A stretch of 64,000 bases of DNA from an uncultured Gemmatimonadaceae bacterium. Lineage in GTDB: Bacteria > Gemmatimonadota > Gemmatimonadetes > Gemmatimonadales > Gemmatimonadaceae. Where the stretch lies: positions 1-64,000 of the forward strand of contig CAWGJO010000020.1 of the NCBI GenBank assembly GCA_963822945.1. Direction: 5' to 3'. Within the stretch, counting starts at the first letter, position 1, and every line of letters begins with the position of its first letter. Made by a program: the position numbers and the translations under genes. The notes under the pieces were generated by a model. That model searched no databases. It saw only the letters and a program-made list of their open reading frames with translations, and was not told the origin of the DNA. Of this stretch, positions 10,557 through 20,563 are shown piece by piece.

Positions 10557-11180
10557 ATGCGCACACGAGTTGCGTCGCTGTTCTCGGTCCTCGCGCTGGC
10601 CATGCCGGTGGCTGCCCGCGCCCAGGTCCCCCTGCCCCACCCGGCGTGGGGCATCATGGGAGCATTGAACTTCGCCAGCTTCGGCGGAAGTGACGCCAGC
10701 GGCCTCGACACGAGGACGTCGTTCTCCGTGGGCGGCTTCGTGCGCGTGCCGATGTCGCCCATGTGGTCGTTCCAGCCCGAGCTGGAATATGCCGGCAAGG
10801 GAGCCAAGGCGAGCGGCGGCTCGACCACGGGCTCGATCGACCTGAGCTATGTCGAGATTCCGCTCCTGTTCAGGGTGGCCACGCCCAGCACTCCGGCCGG
10901 CCGCCTGTTCGGTGAGATCGGACCGTCGATCGCCTTCAAAGTGGATTGTACGATCTCGGCCTCGTCCGGTGGCGTCTCGGCGTCCAGTTCGTGCGCCAAC
11001 GCCGGCCAGGACGCCAAGTCGGTGGACTACGGCGGGATCGTCGGCGCGGGCTACGAGTTCCCCATGGGGACCTATGGGCTCTCGCTGGGCGTGCGCTACA
11101 ACTACGGGCTCGCGGAGATCGCCAGCGGATCCAACGTGAAGAACCGCAACGTCCAGTTGGTGGCCGGGCTGCGCTTCTGA
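10557..11180 (+). CDS. Outer-membrane beta-barrel (porin family/OmpA-like barrel) protein
   Basis: Signal peptide, alternating beta strands, FQPELEYAGKG, YVEIPLL, terminal Phe (AGLRF). Confidence 0.88.
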   Translation: MRTRVASLFSVLALAMPVAARAQVPLPHPAWGIMGALNFASFGGSDASGLDTRTSFSVGGFVRVPMSPMWSFQPELEYAGKGAKASGGSTTGSIDLSYVEIPLLFRVATPSTPAGRLFGEIGPSIAFKVDCTISASSGGVSASSSCANAGQDAKSVDYGGIVGAGYEFPMGTYGLSLGVRYNYGLAEIASGSNVKNRNVQLVAGLRF

Positions 11181-11230
11181 TCGCGCGGGCGGCGGGCGCC
11201 CTGCGCCTGCTGCCCGATTCCGTGACGCCG

Positions 11231-11258
11231 ACGGCGCCCCATCATCGGGGCGCCGTTT
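11231..11258. terminator. Terminator hairpin between convergent genes
   Basis: ACGGCGCCCC-ATCATC-GGGGCGCCGT-TT. Confidence 0.65.
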
Positions 11259-11262
11259 GCGT

Positions 11263-13380
11263 TCAGCGACGCGCGTAGCGCACGGTCCACGTCACCGGAC
11301 CGCTGAGCGCGGGGCGCAGATGGACGAGGCGCATCCCTCCATGCACCGACGTCCCGCCGTATGCCGCGCCACTCGCCGTCACCCCGGCAAACCGGTATCC
11401 CGCCGGCTCCGAGAGGTAGAGCACGTAGTCGTCCCTCCCCACCCGCCGGCTCGCCCCCGTGAGCGTCGCGTCGCTCGCGCTCCATGACACGCGCTGCAGA
11501 TCCGGGCCGCCGCAGCTCACGTGACGGTTCGTCGCGATCACCTGCGGATGCGCCACGCGTTCGCGAATGCAGAACACCTGCACTTTGAACGTCGAATCGA
11601 TGGGTCCGGGTACGAACCCGTCCGTGAATGCGCCCAGCAACCGTTTCGTCCAGAACTCGAACACGAGATGCGGTCGCGCCGTGCTCAGCCCGAGTTCCCC
11701 GAATCCGATGCGCGTCGTGTCGGCACTGCCTCCGGCCGTTCGGGCCAGCACCGACCATCGCTCGAAGGGCCGGTTCACGTCGAGCAGGTACAGCGGCACG
11801 GTGAGCCGCTTGTCGGCGTCGAACGCGCGCGGCCCCGACCCGCTCACCGCCGTGGCCGCCCGGCCGATGAGCGCCGACCGCGACGGGTCGACGTCGTACA
11901 CCTGCTCCGGCTGCGTGAACAGCACCGGCGCCGTCCGCTTCGCGATCTCGGCGCGCGCCGTACGATAGACGTCCGGCTTGTCGGTGAGCATGAGCAGCGA
12001 GCCGGTGAGCGAGGCCAGCGTCGCCGCCCGGTAGCCGTCGGGCGCCGTGAGCTGGATGTGATCGGGATCGTTCCGCCAGACGACGTTGTTGAACGAGTTG
12101 TACTCGGCGAACCCGCCATAGCCGAAGCCGTCGGTGCCCACGCGCACGGCGTCCACCAACCCGATGAGTTCGGGGCGGATTCCCCAGCAGGCGAGCAGGA
12201 AGGCATGAGGGCCGATGGCGTCGCGCACCGTCTGCACGAATCCGCGATAGACCTGCTCGCGGTCGAGCCCGCGCGTTGCGAAGTAGCCGGCGTGGCTGTT
12301 GTACCCCTCGTACCGCAGATGCCGCAGTGCATCCAGCTTGTAGTACCGCCACCCCATCGCCGCCAGCGAGTCGTACACCGGCCGCACGAGGTTGCGCATC
12401 GTCGCCGCGTTGGCACCGTCCATCACGTAGCCGATCCAGTTGCCCGAGGCCGGCGTGCCATCGGCGTTGGTGACGAACTCCGACCGGTGCGCGAAGGCGT
12501 ACGCGCTGTCGGCGAAGCTCACGTTCGTCCAGATGCCGGGCCGGATGCCGCGCGTCGTGATGTACTGCTCGAGTGCCGGGAGCCCGGACGGAAACTTGGC
12601 GTTCGGATGCAGCCAGTTGGCCGGCGTACCGATCGGCTCGCGCTCGTATCCGTCGTCGATCTGCAGGTAGTCATATCCGAACGGCGCCAGCACGTCGTGC
12701 ATCACGTCGGCAGCCGCCCTCACGTCCTGCTCGGTGACCTTGTCGAGAAAGGCGTACCACGACGTCCACCCGGCCACCGAGCCCTTCCACACGTCGTACG
12801 TCCACGGGCGGTACTCGGCGAGCCCGCGGTGCTTCTGATAGTAGCGCGGGCGGAAGCGGAGAATGACCTCGGATCCGGTGCCCTGGAGGGCGAAGGTCGC
12901 CGAGTCGCCGGCCGGCGCGTGCGCATCGACGGCCACCTGCGTGGGTTCGTCGAACGACAGCATCCAGTCCGACCGGCGATCGTACACGCCCCGGTTGAGC
13001 CGGTTGTCGCTTGGGCCCACGCTGTTCCGCACCAGGCGAAGGCCGTCGGTCGGCGGTTCGGTGGCGGCGGCGAATGCCTCGGCGCCGGCGTGCACGACAC
13101 CGGAGAGCGTCAGCCGCGCCCCGCCGTGCGCCGTCCACTTGACTACCTGGGTGACGGCGCCGCCGGCGGTGTCCACGAGCGCGCGGAACTCCGGCGCGGC
13201 CCCGGTGCTCTCGATCGCCCCGGTCAACACTACCCGACCGCCGTAGGTCAGCGTGACCCGGCCATGGTCGAGCGTGACCGTGGCCGGCGCGTTGGGCGGC
13301 GCGCCCTGCGCGGCGGCCGCGGGAGCCTGCAACACGCCGCCGGCAACCAACGCGGCCAGCACGAGGTGGAATCGGAGCAT
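11263..13380 (-). CDS. Secreted clan GH-D glycoside hydrolase (alpha-galactosidase-like, GH27/GH36)
   Basis: Signal peptide; GWTSW, YLQIDDGY, KFPSGL, PGIW, YYKLD, WRNDPD. Confidence 0.82.
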   Translation of the reverse strand: MLRFHLVLAALVAGGVLQAPAAAAQGAPPNAPATVTLDHGRVTLTYGGRVVLTGAIESTGAAPEFRALVDTAGGAVTQVVKWTAHGGARLTLSGVVHAGAEAFAAATEPPTDGLRLVRNSVGPSDNRLNRGVYDRRSDWMLSFDEPTQVAVDAHAPAGDSATFALQGTGSEVILRFRPRYYQKHRGLAEYRPWTYDVWKGSVAGWTSWYAFLDKVTEQDVRAAADVMHDVLAPFGYDYLQIDDGYEREPIGTPANWLHPNAKFPSGLPALEQYITTRGIRPGIWTNVSFADSAYAFAHRSEFVTNADGTPASGNWIGYVMDGANAATMRNLVRPVYDSLAAMGWRYYKLDALRHLRYEGYNSHAGYFATRGLDREQVYRGFVQTVRDAIGPHAFLLACWGIRPELIGLVDAVRVGTDGFGYGGFAEYNSFNNVVWRNDPDHIQLTAPDGYRAATLASLTGSLLMLTDKPDVYRTARAEIAKRTAPVLFTQPEQVYDVDPSRSALIGRAATAVSGSGPRAFDADKRLTVPLYLLDVNRPFERWSVLARTAGGSADTTRIGFGELGLSTARPHLVFEFWTKRLLGAFTDGFVPGPIDSTFKVQVFCIRERVAHPQVIATNRHVSCGGPDLQRVSWSASDATLTGASRRVGRDDYVLYLSEPAGYRFAGVTASGAAYGGTSVHGGMRLVHLRPALSGPVTWTVRYARR

Positions 13381-13435
13381 GATGGTTCGGAGGCGCGCTG
13401 ACGGCGCGCCCGGGTGAAGGGACGAGGTGGGCGCG

Positions 13436-13931
13436 CTACTTGGAGGTGAGGCTGTCCGGCACCATGCCGGCCGGCGGGTGATTCAGCATCGGCGAGTCGA
13501 CCACGATCTTGCCGCCCAGATAGGCCGTACGCGTGACCACGGCCAGGGTGATCGCCGCGGCGACGACGAGCGTGGTACGGAGCCACTGGGGCGGCACTCC
13601 CTCGCGGTCGCGCCGCAGCATGTACCACCAGGCGTAGGCGCTCACCACGCCGGTGATGAGGAGTGTGGTGAGCGCGTAGGCGGCCGAGTCATCGTGCGCG
13701 GCGACCGCAGTGCGCACGATGTACCAGGTGCCCCGCGAGGGCGTGCGAGGCGAGGTCGCCCGTGAAGAAGGCGGGGTAGGCGCTCAACCCGGCCAGCGTG
13801 AGCGTGGCGACGGCGTACAGCCACACGCCGCGCCGCTTGTTGATGAGCGCGAGGAGTAGCACGGCGAACCCGACCACCGAGAGGATGATCGGGAAGTGGT
13901 TGATGATGGTGTGGAGGTATGGCCAGTTCAT
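13436..13931 (-). CDS. DUF2231-like membrane protein; single frameshift near 13735
   Basis: HTIINHFPI N-terminus, TM helices, TG..H, TAYLGGKI; an extra G in GCGGGG joins the 13689-13931 and 13436-13717 ORFs. Confidence 0.7.
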
Positions 13932-14072
13932 TTGGCGCTCCCCGGGTTGCTTCGGGCGTTGAGACTCGGCGCGGCGGCGTACCGGCGACCGTGCGATAGA
14001 AACCTAACGCCGTTTGACCGGGCCGGGCTGTTCGCCGGATGCCGCGCGGCGACCGGACGCGGCCGCCACGTC

Positions 14073-14108
14073 GAAAACAACGGCGCCCCATGCTTGAGGC
14101 GCCGTTGT
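14073..14108 (-). terminator. Intrinsic terminator after nrdJ
   Basis: Stem ACAACGGCGCC / GGCGCCGTTGT followed by a U tract on the minus strand. Confidence 0.7.
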
Positions 14109-14118
14109 CGCGGTCGTG

Positions 14119-14143
14119 TCTGCGTGTTCTGTGTGCTCTGTGG
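14119..14143. repeat. 9-nt-period dispersed repeat, copy 1
   Basis: TCTGCGTGTTCTGTGTGCTCTGTGG, 24/25 identical to 56012-56036. Confidence 0.8.
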
Positions 14144-14165
14144 TGCAGTTGATCCCGCTAAAGAC

Positions 14166-16665
14166 TCAGCCGCACTCGCTGAACCCGCACACATGACACT
14201 TCACACATCCCTCGGCGTACTCGAGCTGTGACCCGCAGTCGGGGCACGTGCCCATGAATCCCTCGCCGCCGTCGAACGCCTGCATCTCGAACTGCGGCTG
14301 CGCGGCGGCCGCGGACGTGGCCTTGCCCACCGTGCGCACCACGTCGCCATCGGCCTCACCCGGCGCCGAACGGTTGGCCATCAACTCCTGCTGCACGCCC
14401 TGCTTGTCGCGCATCCACTCCTCGAGCGCCAGCCCGATCGCGTCGGGCACGCTCATCACCTTGTTCGGGCCGAGTCCCACGACGCGGTCGGACGAGATCC
14501 CGCGCAGTTGGCGGTGCACCTCGGTGAGGGGAATGCCGGAACGCAGCGCCAGGCTGATCATCCGCCCCATCGCTTCGGCGTCGGCCATCGCGCTGCCGCC
14601 CGCCTTGCCGAGGTTGATGAACACCTCGAACGGGCTGTCCCTTGTCGTCCTCGTTGATGCTCACGAACATCACGCCCAGCGGCGTCTCCTTGCGGATCGT
14701 CGTGCCGCGCAACTTCTCGGGACGCGACCGCTTGGCCCGCCGCTGCAGGTTCTCGGTCTCCACGTCGACCAGCTTCTTCTTGAGCGACTCGATCTCGGCG
14801 TCCAACTCGGCGATCGTCCCGTGCAGGTCGGCCTGTTCCTCGCGCGACACGGCCGTCGCATCGCGCTGCGCCGCCGCCTTCTCCGTGGCTCCGGTGGACA
14901 GCACCTGGTTGTCGCGCGACCCGTCGCGGTACACCGTGACGCCCTTGCACTTCATGGCGTACGCCTGCTCGTAGATCGCCCGCACGTCCTCGACCGTCGC
15001 CGTGTGCGCGAAGTTGGTGGTCTTGGAGATCGCCGAGTCGCAGTGCTCCTGGAACGCCGCCTGCATGCGGATGTGCATGTCGGGCGAGATCTGGTTGGCG
15101 GTCACGAACACGCGCTGCCAGCGCTCGGGCACTTCGGGGAACGCGATGTGGCCTTCCTTCGCGATCCGCGCCATCAGCGCGTCGCTGTACCAGCCCTCGG
15201 CCTTGGCGATGCGAACGAAGTCGTCGTTCACGTCGGGCATCATGACGCCCGCCTGATTGCGCATGAACGCCACGGCGAACAGCGGCTCCAGCCCCGACGA
15301 GCACCCCGCGATGATCGAGATCGTGCCCGTGGGCGCCACCGTCGTCACGTTGCAGTTGCGCAGGAGCTGCATGGGCCGGATGCGCTGGCCGTCGGCGTCG
15401 CGCGCGCAGGTCTCGTCCGGTCCCCAGATCGACCGCGCCCACTCGGGGAACGGCCCGCGCTCCTCCGCCAGGCGCTGGCTCTCCTTCTTGCCCTCGACGT
15501 CCAGGAACTCCATCACCTTGCGCCCCATCTCCACGCCCTCGGGGCTGTCGTAGGCAATGCCGAGCCGCACGAGCATGTCGGCAAAGCCCATCAGCCCGAG
15601 CCCGATGCGACGAATGCGCTTGGACAGAGCGTCGATATCGGGGAGCGGGTACTTGTTGACGTCGATGATGTTGTCCAGGAAGTGCGTGCTGAGATGGATG
15701 TCCGCGCGGAGCGCGTCCCAATCCATCGCGCCGTCCTTCACATAGTGGCCGACGTTGATCGACCCGAGGTTGCAGACGTCGTACGCCAGCAGCGGCTGCT
15801 CGCCGCAGGGATTCGTCGCTTCATAGGCGCCCAGATGCGGCACCGGGTTGTAGCGATTGGCCTCGTCGATGAAGAAGCAGCCCGGCTCGCCGGTGCGCCA
15901 CGCGCCCAGGATCATCTTGTCCCAGACCATGTTCGCGTCCAACTGGCCCACCACCTGTCCGTTGGACGGATCGATGAGATCGTAGCTCGTGTGGTCGCGC
16001 ACCGCGTCCATGAACCTGGCCGTGACGCCCACCGAGATATTGAAGTTCGTCACCTGCGTCAGGTCTTCCTTGCAGCTGATGAACTCCATGATGTCGGGAT
16101 GGTCCACGCGCAGGATACCCATGTTGGCCCCGCGCCGCGTGCCACCCTGCTTCACCGCGTCGGTGCTCGCGTCGTACAGCTTCATGAACGACACCGGCCC
16201 CGACGCCACCCCCGTGGTGCTCCGCACCATCGAGCCCTTGGGACGCAGACGGGAGAACGAGAACCCCGTGCCGCCGCCCGACTGATGGATGAGCGCCATG
16301 CTCGCCAGCGTGTCGTAGATGCCGTCCTTGTGGTTGGACAGCGCGTCCTCCACAGGAAGCACGAAGCACGCCGAGAGCTGCCCCAGCGGGCGGCCGGCGT
16401 TCATCAGCGTGGGGGAGTTGGGCTCGAAGCGGCGCTGGGTCATCAACGCATAGAACGCCTCGGCCTGCGCCTGCACCTGCTCGTCCGTACTCCCGTATCG
16501 ACGATCCGCCTCGGCCACCACCGTGGCCACGCGCCAGAAAAGAGATTCCGGCTGCTCCACCGGCTCACCCTTCTCGTTCTTGATCAGATAGCGCTTGGCC
16601 AGCACCGTCCGCGCATTCTGAGTCAGCGAGGCCAGGCCGGCAGGCGGATTCTTCTTGACGGGCAT
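14166..16665 (-). CDS. nrdJ: Class II (adenosylcobalamin-dependent) ribonucleotide reductase with C-terminal TSCPD/zinc-ribbon region; frameshift near 14632
   Basis: PNSPTLMNAG, LSACFV, GGGTG, QGGTRRGA, TNPCGEQPL, CNLGS, APTGTIS, GVTVYRDGSR, C-terminal CPDCG..EGCVKCHVCGFSECG; an extra C in CAGCCC breaks the frame. Confidence 0.93.
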
Positions 16666-16694
16666 CTTGGACATACTCCCTGTTGCTGAAGCCA

Positions 16695-16742
16695 AATCTA
16701 CGCGGAGGCGGGACCCCGACGGGGAACTCCGAAATTCCCCGT
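16695..16742 (-). promoter_or_regulatory. nrdJ -10 element and upstream palindrome
   Basis: TAGATT at 16695-16700; ACGGGGAA-N8-TTCCCCGT at 16719-16742. Confidence 0.45.
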
Positions 16743-17138
16743 GCATCTGGGGTGGGCGCGCAACGTACCCGGGATCGTGAAACCACGCCAGCCCCTATGC
16801 AAGTGGCTGTGTTTCATGGATTTACGATATCAACATCACGAACGTGAGTCGCGCCTGTCGGCCAAGTTGAAAAGAAATCGTGACACAATGAGAACAAAGA
16901 AGAACACACAAAGAACACCGCTATTCTACTGTCTGATCCATCCTAAAACAATCTAAATCATTGACTTGCAGAAATAGGCCTCCCACGGGCGCGGCACCGG
17001 CCAAGCACCGAAGACCCGCCGCCGGTATCACAAACATGCTGAGCCGTTTTGCTCGCTCTCACGCCACCGGGTCAACCCATTAACCTGCCCGATCGGCCCT
17101 TGAGCCAACCACCAGGGCCCGTGTGGTCGGAACCAGGA

Positions 17139-17648
17139 TCACCGCTCCGGAAAGGCACCGCGACGATGCTCCTCCTGCAGGGCCAGATAGCTCTCCACCG
17201 TCGCCCGTATCCGCGATCGCTCCTCGTCCGTGGTCTGGCGGACGACCCGCCCCGGAACGCCCAGCACGAGCGAATTGGGCGGCACCACGAACCCCTCGGT
17301 GCACACTGCGCCGGCCCCGATGATCGACCCCGACCCAACCGTCACGCCGTTCAGCAGAACCGCGCCCATCGCGATCAGACAGTCGTCGGCCACCGTCGCC
17401 CCATGCACGATGGCGCGATGCCCGATCCCCACGCGGTTCCCGATTCGGCAGGGCAGCCCGTGATCGACGTGGAGCACGGCGCCGTCCTGCACGTTGCTGT
17501 CGGCGCCGATGACGATGGGCGCGGTGTCGCCGCGGACGACGGCGAACGGCCACACCGAAACGCGGGGGCCGAGGGTCGCGTCGCCGCACACGAACGCGCG
17601 GGGATGCACGAACGCGGACGGATCGATGCGGGGTGCGGTGGGTGGCAT
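17139..17648 (-). CDS. Gamma carbonic anhydrase family protein
   Basis: Hexapeptide repeats, RGD, NVQDGAVLH, GHRAIVHG, GVPGR; TGATG overlap with the upstream gene. Confidence 0.92.
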   Translation of the reverse strand: MPPTAPRIDPSAFVHPRAFVCGDATLGPRVSVWPFAVVRGDTAPIVIGADSNVQDGAVLHVDHGLPCRIGNRVGIGHRAIVHGATVADDCLIAMGAVLLNGVTVGSGSIIGAGAVCTEGFVVPPNSLVLGVPGRVVRQTTDEERSRIRATVESYLALQEEHRRGAFPER

Positions 17649-20563
17649 CAGAACGAGAGCCCCAGGGAGAAGTAGGTAGACACGGACGATACACCGAGCA
17701 GCGAGCGGCCCTGCGACGGAAACGCCACGCCGACCCGGAAGCGGTAGGGCGAATCCCACTGGAGCACGGCCGCGGTCACGTTCAACTCGGCACCCGCCGA
17801 CGCGATGGTGTACCGGTGGGTCAAGCGCGAGTCGGTGCACACGGCGCCGCCCGAGACCACGGCGGGACACCACGCGCTTCCCCTGTCGTAGAACACCGAG
17901 AGCGAACTCCTGCCGAGGAAATAGGGGAGAAGCCCCCAGCCTCCGTCGGTGAGCGCCAGCGGGATGCGGTACTCGGCCGAGGCGGCGAAGGCCTGGATTC
18001 CGATCAGCGAGGCGGCGTTGAAGCCGCGCACCGGGAAGGTCCGGCGTCCCTCACCCAACACGACGCCGGGCGCCAGCTCGATCGTGGAGCCGCTCGTCCC
18101 GCCGACCTGGAAGTAGTCGGTGGACTGCTCGTCGCGGTAGCCGCCCGAGGCGGTGATCGCCAGCACCTGGTGCGCGAACCCGGGCAGATCGAGCGACTTG
18201 TAGGCGCTCGCCGACGCAACGGCGCTGAACGTCCGGCGCGACGCATACCCGCTCAGGAAGCGCTCGCGGAGCGTCGCCGCGCCGCGGACCCCGTCCTCGG
18301 GCGACACCGCGGTTACGGGATACTGCACGTTGCTCCACGCGCCGCTGGCGATCAGCAGCGGGTAGTAGTAAGTACGGGCGAACGACGCGTCGAGGCGCGG
18401 AAGAAGCGGCGCCGGATCCGTGGCATAGTCGTGCACCTCGAGCCCGCCCTGCAGCGACAGCGACGCGGCGGTGCGATAGCGGGGGCGCAGCCACGCGGCG
18501 CCGAACGTCGCCGTGCGCGTGCGCCTGCGCAGCTCGCCCACCTGGTTGCCGAGCGTGTCGCGGATCGCGCCGTAGCGCTCCCAGTCCTGCTGACCGCTGG
18601 CCACGAGCACGGGCATGCCGAGGCCGGCGTACGCGTAGTCGAAGTAGCCGGTGAGCCCGCTGTTGTCGGTGGGCAGCATGACCTGCGCGTCGTACGTGTG
18701 CCGGTCGACCACGTCGCTGCCGCTCGTGAACGCGCCCAGCCGCACGCCGCCCGCGATCGACGGTTCCTCCACCGGCATCCAGTAGCGCGGCCACAGCGTC
18801 CGCCACGGCGAATACGGGGTGGCGGGCGTATTCACGCTGTCCAGCGGAGGCACCGGCTGCGGCTCGTCTGCGGTGGACAGCGATTCCGCCGGCGCGGGCG
18901 CCAGCCGCGCCACGGGTCCGATGCCCAGGTGATAGCCGTCCCCGAGCACCACCGAGCCCACCAACCACCGCCCGTCGGGCGACACCTCCGGATAGAAGAT
19001 CCCCGTGGTGGCCGCGGTGAGCACGTCCAGGCTGTCGCTGCCCCCCGGCCCGACGCGTGCCGAGTACACGTTCGACGCGCCCGTCCGGTCGGAGGTGAAG
19101 TACAGATGCGTGCCGTCCGGCGACCAGCTCGGCGCTGCCTGGACGGCGTGCGCCGGCGCGATGCGCTGCAGGATGTGTCCCGCGGTGTCCAGCACCACGA
19201 TCTCCGACGTCCCGCCGCGCTGCCAGCGCACCGCCGCCACGCGCGACCCGTCTGGCGACCAGCGCGGCTCGGCCCACTGCACGTTCATGCTGCCCTGCGT
19301 CAGGGGACGCAGGTTGGTACCGTCCGGCGACAGCGTGACCAGCCGCGTGGCCCCGGGCAGCGTCTGCACCGCCACGAGGCGCCCGTCGGCGCGCACGTCC
19401 GGCGTCGTGAGCCGCGCGTCGCGGGTGAGGCGCACCGTGTGCCGCCCGCGTTGCGCGAACAGATCCGACCGGATGTGATACGCGTCGGTGTAGTCGAGCT
19501 GCGTGAACAGCCGCTCGCCGTTGGGCAGGACGAGCGTGGGCGAATCGCTGTTGCGCCGGTTGATGCGCTCCGTGGAGCCGTCGAGGGTGACGCTGTACGC
19601 GCCGAGGCTCTCGCGCCCCGTGGTGCCGGTGTACGTGATCGCGGTGTCGTCGGCCCAGCGCGGATAGCTGGCGATGCCACCACCCACGGTGAGATACCGC
19701 CAGCCCGGCATCGGCAGCGCGGGATCGCCCGCCGTCCGGGTGACGGAATCGCTCCACTGCTTCCAGGCCGCGGTGAACGAGATGCCGAACGCCTGCTTGG
19801 CCGGCCGGTTGAGCCAGAGCGGAATGAGCTGCGACGACTGCGACTCCACGAACGCCCGCATGTGGTCGCCATGCGTGCGCGCCAGGTAGTCCACGAACAG
19901 CGACCCGAACACGTACGGCGACTGGCCGTACGGAAAGAAGGCGTCGGCCCGGCTCATGCGGTCGATGGACGGGAAGCGGTGTTCGGCGCCGTACGCGCGG
20001 GCGATCATCTGGTGGTCCGAACCCAGCACCCGGCCCGCACCGGTGAGCTTCGATTCGTAGTAGACCGCCAGCCCCTCGGTGAGCCAGGCCGGCGAGTACG
20101 AGTCGGGGAACAGATACGGCGCCCGTCCGAACACGTGCTGGCCCAGGCTCCAGATGCCGCGCGTGCGGTCGAGATGGAAGATGTGCGTGAGTTCGTGCGT
20201 CACCACCATCGCGGTGGGATCGTCGGTGAACCGCAGCGCCGGATCGTTCACCGGCGGGTTGGCGTACACCACGATGCGATTGGTGGGAAAGGGCGTCGCG
20301 TACCCGTTGGTCACGTCCACGTTGTCGGCGATGACGAGGTCGATGGGCACGCGCGGCGGCGTCAGCTCCCGCGACAACTGGGCGAACGCGACCTCGGCGG
20401 CGGCCGCGGCGTGGCGCGCCGTCGATTCGAGCGCCGGCGTGAAGTGCACCAGAAAGTGCGCCGTGCGAATGGTGTGCCAGTCGGCGTTGGGCACCACCTG
20501 CGCCCGCGCCGCCGGTGCCGCGAGACACACGGCGGCGATGCCGGCCAGCCACGCGCGCTTCAT
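17648..20563 (-). CDS. Outer-membrane protein: gluzincin peptidase + TolB-like (PD40) propeller + Omp85-like barrel
   Basis: HELTH..WLTEGLAVYYE; WSPDG repeats; FPVRGF loop motif; terminal YFSLGLSF. Confidence 0.8.
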   Translation of the reverse strand: MKRAWLAGIAAVCLAAPAARAQVVPNADWHTIRTAHFLVHFTPALESTARHAAAAAEVAFAQLSRELTPPRVPIDLVIADNVDVTNGYATPFPTNRIVVYANPPVNDPALRFTDDPTAMVVTHELTHIFHLDRTRGIWSLGQHVFGRAPYLFPDSYSPAWLTEGLAVYYESKLTGAGRVLGSDHQMIARAYGAEHRFPSIDRMSRADAFFPYGQSPYVFGSLFVDYLARTHGDHMRAFVESQSSQLIPLWLNRPAKQAFGISFTAAWKQWSDSVTRTAGDPALPMPGWRYLTVGGGIASYPRWADDTAITYTGTTGRESLGAYSVTLDGSTERINRRNSDSPTLVLPNGERLFTQLDYTDAYHIRSDLFAQRGRHTVRLTRDARLTTPDVRADGRLVAVQTLPGATRLVTLSPDGTNLRPLTQGSMNVQWAEPRWSPDGSRVAAVRWQRGGTSEIVVLDTAGHILQRIAPAHAVQAAPSWSPDGTHLYFTSDRTGASNVYSARVGPGGSDSLDVLTAATTGIFYPEVSPDGRWLVGSVVLGDGYHLGIGPVARLAPAPAESLSTADEPQPVPPLDSVNTPATPYSPWRTLWPRYWMPVEEPSIAGGVRLGAFTSGSDVVDRHTYDAQVMLPTDNSGLTGYFDYAYAGLGMPVLVASGQQDWERYGAIRDTLGNQVGELRRRTRTATFGAAWLRPRYRTAASLSLQGGLEVHDYATDPAPLLPRLDASFARTYYYPLLIASGAWSNVQYPVTAVSPEDGVRGAATLRERFLSGYASRRTFSAVASASAYKSLDLPGFAHQVLAITASGGYRDEQSTDYFQVGGTSGSTIELAPGVVLGEGRRTFPVRGFNAASLIGIQAFAASAEYRIPLALTDGGWGLLPYFLGRSSLSVFYDRGSAWCPAVVSGGAVCTDSRLTHRYTIASAGAELNVTAAVLQWDSPYRFRVGVAFPSQGRSLLGVSSVSTYFSLGLSF

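Noticed and set aside
14600..14660. Programmed frameshift or natural split of nrdJ (NrdJa/b)
   Set aside because: One extra C in CAGCCC explains it, there is no slippery heptamer, and the same error type recurs across the window
16741..16956. 71-aa ORF in the AT-rich island
   Set aside because: Atypical codon usage, no SD, overlaps regulatory-looking DNA
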